Shown here: positions 1-22,698 of the stretch, one piece after another
How positions within the stretch are numbered: the stretch's first letter is position 1
Layout: every line of letters begins with the position of its first letter
Assembly: GCA_037447605.1 (NCBI GenBank)
Contig: CM074812.1
Span: forward strand, 1,426,001 to 1,490,000
Length of the DNA: 64,000 bases
DNA from: Zygnema circumcarinatum SAG 698-1b
Lineage: Eukaryota; Plantae; Zygnematophyceae
Direction: 5' to 3'
Made by a program: the position numbers and the translations under genes
Notes under the pieces: model-generated
The model's database searches: none
What the model was told of the DNA's origin: nothing
What the model saw: only the letters and a program-made list of their open reading frames with translations

Positions 1-51
1 TAGGTAAATCAATTTTTTTTTCTTAATTATAATTTTCATGTTTGGTTACAG

Positions 52-2559
52 GTCAATAAGGAGCCCTTTACAGAGGAAGAGGACAAAAAAATAGTCCTCG
101 GATATGCCGAGCACGGTAGCAAGTGGTCTGTGATCGTTCGAGACCTGCCGGGACGCACTGACAACTCCATCAAAGTACGCAGACAAGAAAAAAAAAAAAA
201 AAAACCCTTCCAAAGAATACAATGTAAATTATTAATTTGATTTCTTTGGTTTACCTGTTTCATGTATTCACCCATGTTAGTGAGGTATTAGATATTCCTT
301 AAAGATTCTCAATATTTTTTTTTCGAAATGTTCATCATCGATGGTTGTCAAGGGAAGTACTTTCTTAAATGAAGGAATGAGCGTTATTAAGCTATGGGGG
401 TTTGGGTCACGGTTGCAGAACCACTGGCACGCAGCGCTCAAGAAGTCGTATCCGCAGCTTTTGGCGGAATGTCTGAAAGAGCAGGTGACTGCTTCACCAC
501 AAAAAATCACATCGAATTTCGGTTTTCTTTTGTTTTTCCGCTTGCTGTTATGTGCAGTTTAAGTAATCTTTCCATAGCTGAATATCATGTAACTGTGTGT
601 CTTTTTTTCCTTTCAAATTTTCTGCAGGCCAAAAGTCAATCTCTCCGCAGCAAATCTGAACCCCTGCCTTCACCTCCGAAGATTTCGCAGGCGCTCGAAA
701 ACTCCCCCAGCCGAAGCAGCTTGGCCTCCTCTACATCACCCGCCACAACATCATCGCTGCCGACATCACCTGTTTTGAAGGCATCAAACTCAACGTCCTC
801 CCTTCTGACATCAAAAGTTACGAATCCATCCCACTCGACATCATCATCCCTGCCAACATCACCCGTTATGAAGGCGTCCCCCTCAACATCACCGAACATG
901 AGGTCATCCTTCCCAACATCACCTGCCATGACATCATCGCTGCCGCCATCACCTACAATGACGTCATCCATGTCATCATCATCCCTTGTGCTCCCATCCC
1001 TGCCGCCATCCCCCGTCCTGACGCCATCAAAGCCCTCCGCCGGTTCTTCAGAGAAGGGAGCCGCCGCAGTGGAGGCCGCCGTGGCGAGTCTCATGGCGGC
1101 CCTGCTCAAAAAGAACACTCCGGAAGCCGCCAGACCCGTAAGCACCTTCTTAACGCTTTACACAAAATCAGTCATCGTCGTTTTTTCATATTTCACTTTT
1201 TTTTTTTTCCTTAACCCTGTCCCTCGGTTTTTAAACATTGTGGAAAGTCCGAAATGCCGAAAATTTTCTTAATGGTTAAGGCTTTTTCATGTTTTGCAGG
1301 TGCAAGCGCGTGCATTGAACATGGAGAAGTTGGGGTTGAACAGTTTACCATTGAACGGGTTCTCGTTGAACGGCTCCCGATCAACCGCCGCCGTGCAGCC
1401 CGTACAGAACGGTGCGATGCATAGAACAGCGCCTCAAGTCTCCCAAGGGGAAGTTCCGAGGCTAAGGAAACAGCCCCCGCTCGCCCGAGTGGAATCCACC
1501 AACATAAGGTCAACTGCGGCAGATGGGGTTAACCGCCAGCAAGGCGTAGGATCCACCGTTAACCTTGCCGCTTCCAATAAAGGAGGAGTTTCCACTTCTT
1601 TGAGCAGCAAGGCCCTGCTGGAGTATCAGATCATCTCCTTTTTGAAGCAGCTGAATAAAAAAAAGCTGGGACGAATGTCAACAAGCTATGGAGAGAAATC
1701 TCGTCCTGCCGATGGGCCATTTCCAGCAGAGAAATGGAATTTGATAAAGGAGGGACAGAAGGAGCGGAAGCAGCCGCTTAATACTGATCTCGCACTTCTG
1801 AGGCAGGTGGCAGCTCACGGGGGAGTCAACACGGACCAAAAAATTCCCAAACGTGACCGAAACGCCTTTGAGTCAACGCCTCCAAAAATAAATGCGAAGA
1901 AACTGTGTCTTTGCAGTCACAAGCAGCCGACACAGAACGGCTATATGCCGCTGTTACCGCCTCAGTCACAGTGCTGTGCCGTTCAACGGCCGTGCATGGA
2001 ACCTGACATCTGTCATGGGAGGGAGATGGGGACCATGAAGCGGTCCCAGTCCGACGAACTCACAAGTGGAATTCGCCAAAAGTCAAACCCTCAAGTCAAT
2101 CGGGAAATGAAATCGGCGACGGAAACCTCTCTTCCTCATCCCGGAATTTCCTTTTTCCGACAGGAGGATGACGTCAGCAGCAATTCAGAAGTCGTGCACG
2201 TCGACGCCGAGTTGGACCAAGCGTTCAACGAAACGAAGGAAGTTCAGATGATGACGGATGTGTGTGAGTTGAATGACGTCACAGAAAACTCGGTTTCTCT
2301 GAGCAGCACTGAAGGGAGTTGTGACTTTATCGAGGGCCTCGCCAGCGCCGACGACTTTCAGAGCTTCTTCGACGACTGCAACATGCTGTCTCCGGATTGG
2401 CCGAACGATGATGAAGCCATGGCTTCCGAGCTTCGAAGCTTTGAATCTGATTGGCTGAGAGAGCTTTCTTCCGACGATTTGAGCGGACAAGTTTTTAACG
2501 AAGTTCCCGACCTCGAGCCGGCGCTTCCTCTTCCAGAGAGCCTCTTTGAGGCGTGTTGA
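52..2559 (+). CDS. MYB-family transcription factor, probably R2R3-type; 5' part lies outside the window
   Basis: Exons 52-174 ([41 protein letters not shown]), 419-484 (NHWHAALKK...), 628-1137 and 1300-2559 are all GT-AG and in frame. They give an R3 MYB repeat (LPGRTDNxIKNHW), then an S/T/P-rich region and an acidic C-terminus. Confidence 0.9.
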
Positions 2560-4031
2560 TATTGGAGGGGAGGGTATCGAATAAAGCGAGAAGTGGGGAC
2601 AAGGGGTGTGGGTGGGGAAATGGGTGTAGAGGACGCGAAAGACAAAGAGAGCCAGAGAGAGGTGGGGGTGGGCGGTAATAGGTGCTAGAGAGGGAGAGGG
2701 AGAGAGAGAGAGAGAGGTGTAGAGCTTAAAGAGACGAAGGGATTGTTGAAGTGGGGAGGGAAGGGAGAGAGGGAGAAAAGAGTGAGGGAGAGTGTACGTA
2801 TGGAGAATGACAGATGGTTAGCTGTAGTCAATAAGGATGGTAAGCGATTCACCACCGATCAGAAAGAAATGAAAGGAGAAGCGAGAGAGAGAGAAAGGGA
2901 GAGAGAGAGAGTGAGAGAGTGGGAGAGAGAGTAAGCGAGGGAGAGAGGGAGCCCCATTCATTTCTTCGATGTCAATAAGGGCGGTGTCGCTGAAGGACAT
3001 AGCCATTAAGGCCTTTTTTCAGCTGCGGAAAATCCGTCACCACCGTTACTTTGATAGGTAGTGGGAAAGGTGTTAATTGCTGTGCTCCTTCGAAGCCTTC
3101 TTAAGGTTTTAGGAATTAGGGTTCAAGGTCGACTTGCGGCTCAGCGCAGCGCAAGCTCATGTTCAAGAGAGAGAAAACAAGAAGAATGGACTGTTTCTTG
3201 TTGATAAGGAAATATTCGCAATGTTGGTTGTAAGTTAGCGAATTCTATGAAAAGAAAGCATTTTTGCAAGCCTCTGTTTTGTCCACTGATTACTCCCTCC
3301 TTCTCCCTCCCTCCCTCTCCCTCTCCTCTCTCTCCCTCTCTCTCTTCCTCTTCCTCTCCCTCTCCCTCGCACTCTCCCTTTCTCAGCCTAACCGAAATGA
3401 AAGTGTAATTCAGCAGATTGATGGTTTCCCAAATAGGAAGAAGGGAGAGGAAGAGGATATTTTTACACATATCTATACATACATTCATATAATAATGTCT
3501 ATATCTGTGTTCAGGAATATAGAAAAAAAATTGCATGGGTCTCACGCATGGCGATGATGCCATGAATGGTGCATGCCCAACAACAACAACAACAAGAACA
3601 CGGCTCTAGGAGCACCCGCGTACATGTATAAAGTGTGCAAAATTCCAAACAGAAGTTTACAGCCACACCCCATGTTTGTCGTGACCTCCCACCAATCAGA
3701 AGTTGCCATAGGTGAGCTGCCACCCTCACAGGCCTTCCACTCGCCACGTGTCTGAAAATATCTCGCTAGATCCGCTTCATGGAAGCTTCCTGGCTTCGCT
3801 ATTTTGACCTGCGATCTGGTCAACGGCCTGTGCTGCCGTCACGTGTCACCGACGGATCGTCCCGTGGGCTTTGACGGCCACATAAAAGATCGTGCTGCCA
3901 CGTGGTCACACATATTGGCCTGTGTACGATTCGGGAACCTTGGGGTGTGGTATTAGAGCTCGAAGGCGACAAAAAGCAAAGCGAACGGCATAACCACCAC
4001 AGGGAAAATTTTCCTAACGGCACAGCGCAGA

Positions 4032-4369
4032 GTCAGCTGGCCGATCAGGAGCCACCGACTACTTCGAAGGTTCCGGAAGTCGAGGTCGGCACGCTGGGGG
4101 CACAGTTGATGGAAGCTTGTGGGAATATATCTTGATATCGCCAGCGTATCGGATGTTATGGGAAAACGTTGCCGGCGTCGTCAGTTCCGGGCTTTGTCTC
4201 CCCCCCGACCGCTCGGACCGAGGGGCGAAACCGGCAACCTCTGTCTACCTCAGCCGATGCGTCGGCGATTCTGCGATGTATCGTCTAGGAACGACAAAGT
4301 TGGCGCCGTTGCGTCCTACGGCCCTGAGACTTCGTCAAGAGGTCGGTGGCTCCTGATTGGCCGGCTGAC
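4032..4369 (+). ncRNA. Candidate structured RNA / pre-miRNA-like fold-back of unknown identity
   Basis: 4032-4059 pairs with 4342-4369 as an uninterrupted 28-bp stem with two G-U pairs on the + strand. Further internal stems: 4091-4097/4141-4147 and 4168-4175/4231-4238. Confidence 0.35.
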
Positions 4370-5035
4370 GTCACATTGACGTTAGGTAATTTGTCGCGTA
4401 AGAACGAACCAGGTGTACGGACATCTGTGGTGCGATTCTGTGTCGCAGATAAACCCTCCGTTCCAGTCAAACATGATTCCCGTTTTACAATATCATCATG
4501 TGACGCGTGACTCGCGTCACAGCATAAAGCAAAATCGTGGGGACGTCCTCGCAAGTGCGGTGTGACGTCATCAAAGTTGAACACATCTGCAAACCTTGGA
4601 AATGTTGAAGAAAGTTGTTGGACCATGAAAATGCGCCCAAACGATTCTCAATCTTGCAGAAATATCGTCCACACTGACACGCCCTCCCTTGAGTTCGCTC
4701 CACAATGGGAGGCCGCCTAGGGAGCGGGCAGGGCAGTTTCCCTGCCCCTTCGCGGCCTAGGCTCACAACAACTCCCAAGCTTGCACGCACACATTGTCGT
4801 ACTATTTTTTTGTCGTGTTGCGTCTCAATCCCGTACTATGTCCGTACAGAACCCGGCCAAACTATCAACCCAAGTCAACCAGAAGTTCAAGGGTTCAAGG
4901 AGACCCGCCGTACAGTCTGTATCCGTACTGTACCTCTTACGGAGGTACGGCTAGGGTTCAGGGCCGCGGGACACTCTGCTTCCGTACGTGTTCGGAGGGT
5001 TCAGGGTCGCCGGCTCTCCCCTCCACCCATCATCC

Positions 5036-6532
5036 ATGGCGGCCGAAGCGGAGGCAGGCGACGCGGCGGCCATGGCGGCGGAGGAGGAGCAGAGCGCGGC
5101 TATGGCGGGAAGGAAGCGGTCGGCGGAGGAGAGCAGCGGGGGTGCCATGGCGGAAGGGGAGGGGGAGGACGGGCAGCCGGCGGAAAAGAGGCTGCGCGCG
5201 GACGGAGAGGGAGAGGGAGAGGGAAAGGTAGTGGGAGAGGGAGCAGGAGAGGGAGAGGGAGAGAAAAAGGGAGAGGGAGAGGCAGAGGGGGAGAAGGTGG
5301 TAGCTGCTGAGGACGGGGAGAAAGGGGAGGGGAAAGAGGGAGGAGAGGGAGAGGGGGCGAGCGGGCGGCTGGGCCCGATGCTGTTCGAGAAGGGTGAGGA
5401 GATGTTCGACTACTTCTACAGACTGCTGCACGGGTGGGGGCACGACAAGGATTTGAATGAGGTGAGCGGGAGGGAGGGGGAGAGGGAGGGAGGGAGGAAG
5501 GGAGGGAGAAGGAAGGAGGGAGGGAGGGAGGGAGGGAGGGAGAAGGGAGGGAGGTGGGGAGGGAGAAGGGAGGGAGGGAGANNNNNNNNNNGAAGGGAGG
5601 GAGGGAGGGAGAAGGGAGAGAGGGAGGAAGAAGGGAGGGAGGGAGGAAGAAGGGAGGGAGGGAGGAAGAAGGGAGGGAGGGAGGGAGGGAGGGAGAAGGA
5701 GGGAGGGAGGGAGGGAGGAGGGAGGGATGGATGGAGAAGGGAGGGATGACGGGAGGAAGGGGAAGAGGGGGAGAGGAAGAAGGGAGGGAGGGACGAAGGG
5801 ATGTTTTTTTTTGTCATGTGGAGATATCTAATCTAATCAAACAATGTGTGAGTATTTGGGGGGGATTTGCTATACTGATTTCTTGAGGTGATGAATTTCA
5901 AAAAATGACCTGAGAGTACGTCCGAATTTTTGCTCCTTTTCGGATGTCGCAAGCGCATAAAGCATTTGATAACATATTAATCTAACCTATGAAAAATCAA
6001 TTAGGCACAGAAATCTCAAAGTCTTAGTCTTAGTGGCTGGTTTTTCTCAGTTCTCAAACCAAAAATCCCATTCCCCAAAATCCAAAACCGAAAACTTGAA
6101 TTGCAAGACCCTGAACCCTAAACCCTGATGCTCAACCCTAACATCTCCGCCTCATGATGTATGCATGCGGTGCAGTACGAGCATATGGTGATGCTCGATC
6201 TCCTCAAAAAGGGCCATGCGGACCCCTCCTCCAAAATCGGCACGGGAGTTAAATCCTTCCAAGTTCGGATGCATCCTGAATACGGAAGTCCGTGCTTCTT
6301 CATAGTTAGAGATGACGGTTCCATGCACGACTTCAGTTACCGTAAATGCGTTGACCATCTCATGCCCCTCCCGCCAGGCTTCATGGCAGTGAAGAGCTCC
6401 GGGAAGGGAGACAAGGGGAAGGGCGGATATGGGGGAGGCGGAGGGAGAGGGGGAGGGAGAGGAGGGGGAGGCTTTCAGAGAGGGAGGAGGGGAGGAGGGG
6501 GCCGCGGGGGACATCGAGAGAGAGGATATTAG
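5036..6532 (+). CDS. DOM1: DUF3223/DCL-family protein, DOMINO1/EMB514-like, with C-terminal RGG tail
   Basis: Exons 5036-5461 and 6176-6532 join to LGPMLF...MFDYFYRLLHGWGHDKDLNE|YEHMVMLDLLKKGH...FQVRMHPEYGSPCFFIVRDDGSMHDFSYRKCVDHLMPLP plus a GGRGG tail. This matches the EMB514/DOM1 pattern as I recall it. Confidence 0.88.
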
Positions 6533-6936
6533 GGTTTAGGGTTTTTTGTTTTTTGGATTTTGTTTTGGATTAAGCGTTTTAGGAAAGACACGTTTCTCCT
6601 TTTCTGTTTAGAAAATTGCCGATTTCGACGTTTTTTTGGGGCCAATTTTGGAAACGTTAAACAAAGACCATTCAGTATGCCAAAATTCTGACATGGGCCC
6701 AATGGATAATTTCTCTACTAGGAAAAAAAAAGAAAAAGTAAACAAACGAAAAACTTACAGACCAATACCTTGCAGGGTTTTTTTTCAGCAACTTTGCACA
6801 GTTTTAAAGAAAGCTACCAAAAATTCGAACTAAATTTACAAAATACACAATGTAAGCAAAAACACGAAACAAAAATTAGAGGAACTAGCCTTTTTTGCAT
6901 TTCTGAATTTTTAGTCCTTCAGATTTTTGCACTATT

Positions 6937-8831
6937 TTAGTGATTTGATTGGCTGAGCATAGCCCGAATCTCATCGATCACCATCCACGCCTTGTGGCCT
7001 CCGATGACCTCCGCATACCACTTTCCATGCTTCCATAACTGCAAAAAAATCCGTTACAGAACGGAACTGAAGGTGAAAATTTGAGCATAGAGTTCAGATA
7101 CCCATTGCTTATGAAAAACCTTTCTGGGTTTGACGGAATGGGAATTGCAACGACGACGGTTTCATGGAACACAACAGACCTCAGTCGAACTGAAGATTGA
7201 GAGAGAGAGAGAGGGGGGGGACTGTGAGTGAGGAAAGAGAGAGAGAAGGGGAGAGAGGGAGAGAGAGAGAGCGAGAGAGAGTGAGAGAGAGGGAGTGAGG
7301 GACAGAAAGAACGAGAGAGAGGGAGGTAGGTAGGTACGTACCTGAATTGTCGGCATTTTCTATTGTTTGTTGAAGCATGAAGGACCCCCCCCCCCCCCCC
7401 CAAACGCCCAAGAAAAGAAAAGTCAATGGAACTCGCTCTCACTGTCCTGGGAAGTAAAACTGGAGGACGGAGGGGCAGGGAGAGGACACGAGAGAGAGGA
7501 AGAAGGGCAGAAGGGCAGAAGGGGAAAAGAGGGGAGGTGGGAGAGAGAGGGTGAGGGAGGGAGAAAGAGGGAGATATGGAGAGGGAGGGAAAGGGAGATA
7601 GAGAAAGAGGCGAGAGAGAATGGGAGGGAGAGTGAGAGTGGAAGGGAGGGAGAGGGGGGGAGGGAGAGGGGGAAATCGCGAGGGGCGGGAGAGGGAGGAG
7701 ACGAAGAGGGGGGAGAGAGAGAGGGGGAAGGGGGAGTGAGAGGCGGACGTGGGGGAGAACGGAGAGGGGGAGGGAGATGGGAGGAAGGAGGGCCGAAGTG
7801 AGAGTGGCGGAAGGGAGAGGGGGTATTGAGAGAGCGGGGGGAGAGAGATGGGAGGCCGGGGGGAAGGGGCGGGGCGGGAGGGAGAGTGGTGGAAGGGAGA
7901 GGGGTTAGGAAGAAAGAGGGTGGAGAGAGGGTGGGACGGGAGAAGGGGTGGCGCGGGAGGTGGAGGGAAGGGAGGGAGGGGAAGGGAGGGAGGGGAGCGA
8001 AGCTTACTGTGACTTGCCCCCTCTTCACAAGAGCTGCTGGAACGCTGTTCACATCCACCACGCAGAACTGCATGCTGGGAGGGAAAAGAGAAAAGAACAC
8101 GGTTTTTGAGTTTCGGGGTTTTTGGGGTTTTAGGGTTCAGACCTGGAGTTGAAAATGAAGAAGGGAGGGGAGGTGTGAGAGTGGCGCTTACTCGGGGTAA
8201 TCTTCGGCCAATTTTTCGATTTTGGGCTGAAGGTAAATGCATTTACGGCACCACTGCGCCATCCTGTTATGCAAGGGAAAAGGAAAAGTTAAACCCTACC
8301 CTTGAATTGTTCAGACCCTAAACCCCTACAGACCTTACAACCCTACAGACCCTAAAACCCTACTGACCCTAAAACCCTACCGACCCTAAAACCCTACTGA
8401 CCCTAAAACCCTAAAAGTCCCTCCTGTCCCTACCGACCCTAATACCCTACCGACCCTAAAACCCTAAAACCTCACCAGTCGATCACGACGCCGTGGCCCT
8501 TCTCCTCCGCCTGCGCCAAAACGGTGTCCAGCTCATCCTCGCTCCTGATTGGCTGGAGCCCCGCGGGTCGCTCCGGCTCTGCCACGTGTGCGCCCTCCGT
8601 CGCCGCTCTAAGCACAGGCCATGACGTGGGCTCCTCACGACCTGCCACGTGGCCTCGCCCGCGTGCAAACAGGCGCCACGCGGCGACTGGCAATTGGCCG
8701 CTCTGTGAACGCTCTCGGAGATTACCACGTGGCAGAGCGGATACAGCAGGTGTGTGCCACGTGGCAAGGGCGGAGGAGGGGCCACTGAGGGACTGCCACG
8801 TGGCGGGAAGGTCGATCATGGTGGCCCCCAT
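6937..8831 (-). CDS. WCRKC: WCRKC-type thioredoxin-like protein, probably chloroplastic
   Basis: Exons 8831-8476, 8263-8192, 8074-8008, 7359-7342 and 7038-6937 give ...[90 protein letters not shown]. The N-terminus is transit-peptide-like. Confidence 0.92.
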
Positions 8832-9729
8832 GGTGCTGAAAGCTCATTGGCCGGCGAGGAGGGGCGGGGCACGTGGCATGCTCGCAGGGCTCCCGACTGC
8901 AATCTCGCCAGCCAATCAGAGGGCAGGAAGACCGCGCATGAATTTGAATTTCTGAATTTTTGAATTTCGCAAGAAACCTGGTTTGCAACGGTTCGCAGTT
9001 TCCGGTACAGTAACGCACTACATGTGGAATTTCAGTAATTCTCGCAGTTCCAGTCGTAACACGTGTTCAGTTCGATGTTTTGACGAAAGGGGGTCGCATG
9101 TAGCGTCCTCGCTGGCACGCCGTGCTGAATGACGGTTCTGTGTCTTAGTTACGAGGGACTTCAAACGGTCAACTGGGAAAATCGCGTAAATTTCTTAGGA
9201 CTGCCAATTAACTAGAATGACATTTTCTTACATCATAGAACCCGGCCAGGTGGACCTTTATCCGGCAGCCCTAAAAAACGGCCAAACCCAACCGCCGTAC
9301 GGCCGATTAAATGCCTTTTGTGGTTTGTCGTTTCTGACCCGCAAGTGTGGATACCAACAGATTCAACAACCGATCTCAGTCTCACCGTTGATTCCGCAAC
9401 GAGCCGCAAGACTGTGGATCTTTGACGTAGATCCTTCGATCTGAACCGCCGATCGTAAGTTAACTTTGCGATCAACCTTTGCAATTTGTGCACTTTTGAA
9501 GTTAGCCTCCAGATCAAGTTCGTATAGAAAATATTTTTGGATCTCAACGGCCATTAGGTTCGGGTCCTCCAACCGCCCTTTCACCTGTCCAGCAGCGTCC
9601 CCTGCGCAGTGTACTGCGACCTGCCGCTGTCCCCTAGAGCATACCAATGTATCCGTACAGCGTGTGTACACTTTTGTCACTACGTTTTGTCGGCTTGCGC
9701 CCAAGCCGGTCCAAACTGCCACCAAACGC

Positions 9730-20589
<10,860 letters not shown>

Positions 20590-22609
20590 AAATTTAAACT
20601 ATGATTTTTTTTTTTAGGGAAACTGATATGTCACCCTTCAAAAAAAAAAAGGAAAAAAATTGGGGGAGGCGAGTTGGGTTTGTGAGAGAGGGGGGATGTA
20701 TAGGGTCCGGATTTCGACCCCTCTCTAATTTGGTATTTGCATTTGGACGTAGATTTGTGCACTAAGACAGATTCATTTTTCCCCTTGAAAAATTTGAAGA
20801 TTTTTTCGCTATGACCAGTAGTTAGGTAGCCAGAACTTAGTGAGAATTCGGCCTGGAAATGGTTTTACTGAGGTAGCAGAAATCATAACAGAAAAAGAAA
20901 TCTAGGATGTGCTAAAAAAAAAAGGGGGGGGGGGGGGGGGGGGGNNNNNNNNNNGGGAAAGCGAGGTTATCTTTTGTAGGGAGGTCCTTTATGTGGACTG
21001 AATTCACTGCTTGAAGAAAAAATCGAAATATCACAAAAAGGTTAAAAAATTTGACCACTGTCTCCTTGCACCATGGGTCTTGTTACAGTTTTCCGTCGTG
21101 TGGAAAGGAACGGATTTGTGGGTGCATGCATGGAAACGCCAAATGGTTTAAATCGACAGAAGCAATTCGCACTCTTTTTGGACATAATAATGCAGCGTAA
21201 AATGTGACATATAAAAACTGCAAACTACTTTTGAAGTGGAACTGGGTCCAGTTTTTGAAGCTTCCTAAGCGATTGGTTAGGGTTTTTANNNNNNNNNNCC
21301 CCCCCCCCCCCCCCCCCCCTCCCATCTTGGGATATCCCGCCCCCTACTTTGGACGTTCCCCCTTGTTTTCTCCTTCTCACACATCAGCGCAACGTCCGTA
21401 AAGACATTCGCAAAGAGAGAGCAAAGCAGAGAAGAGAGAATGAGCAGAATCTCCTCCCGAAATATCCAAAATGAGGGGGGATAGCCAAAATGGGAGGGGG
21501 GCGGAATAGCCAAAATGGGAGACTGGGATTTCAAAAAAAACAGTTGCGTGATAACCAAAAAAGGGGGCGGTATATAGTTCTCCTTTTTAGGGTTTTACAG
21601 TTTGGCAGGCAAAAAACCTAAAACCCTAAACTGCAATCGCGGTTGTCTCCACTGGAAAAGCTCAAGCTACTGACTGGCTTAGTCACTCTAGTTAGCCAGT
21701 GGCTAGCCAATGGTTGGCAAGCAATGGGAACCAACGGTTGTGGTAGTGTACTAGTGAAAATTTTAAATTAGCACCCCTATAAAGTCAGTCTATTAACTTT
21801 ATATTTGAATTCGATTCCACACGGTAATGTTAATCGATTAACTTTATCAAGGTTGGAATAGTACGGCCGCCCAGCCGTTCCGCAAATAGCACCTGCACCA
21901 GATCTCAACTACGACTACACACGTGTCCCTGGTCCTAAGCGACAGAAAAATATTCGTAAGGCCGATCAAAGACTACGCTACATGACAAATTATGTTTGTC
22001 AATTAGTCAAATCCGTACGGTTCTTAACTCTCGCAGAGCCATGTCTCTACGAATCTACTTCGACCACGTGGCGGCGACGACAACATCGGCCAATCAGATC
22101 AGCGTAAGTTCCAACCGCTGTAACGACCACACGTCGCGTAGCGCCAGCCAAGAGCCCCAAGACGACAAGGAAGCAACTGCCAAGTACGACGTCCAATCGG
22201 AGCCTGCCACGTGCCCAGCCCAGATGGTCTAGCTAATGAGAACCTTCCACGTCATTCTCATGTCCTCAAAACTCCGTACCGCGCCGTTCCGTACATTGGC
22301 AGTTGGAAAAGTACAACGACCCTGAGGGCCGTACAAGGGCCGGCGGCAGCCCCTCGTGCTGCGCCGCTTTGGGTGTCGTTCCGGGTCAGTCGGCGGGCCG
22401 AGGCGGGGGTGAAATTTACACTTCAATAAAATAAATAAATATATAAATAAATAAATAAAAAGGCTAAGATTTTCTTATCATTTGTTAATTCTAATACAGT
22501 ATATCTAAGAAAAATACATAAAAGAAGCTGAAGTTAGTAATCGTTTTTTTTTTCGCCTTATTCCTCCCGCTGTCTGCCTCTCTTTTCACCTCTCTCCCTC
22601 ACCCCCCCT

Positions 22610-22664
<55 letters not shown>

Positions 22665-22698
22665 TGAGTATCTCTCTCCATGTAAGAGCACAGAGACC

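Noticed and set aside
2818-3823. Small gene between the MYB and DOM1-like genes
   Set aside because: The short ORFs have no recognisable domain and I could not build a consistent splice chain.
21680-21750. Relic of the hAT subterminal repeat (AATGGTTGGCAA)
   Set aside because: Only a ~12-nt match with no TIR or TSD; insufficient support.
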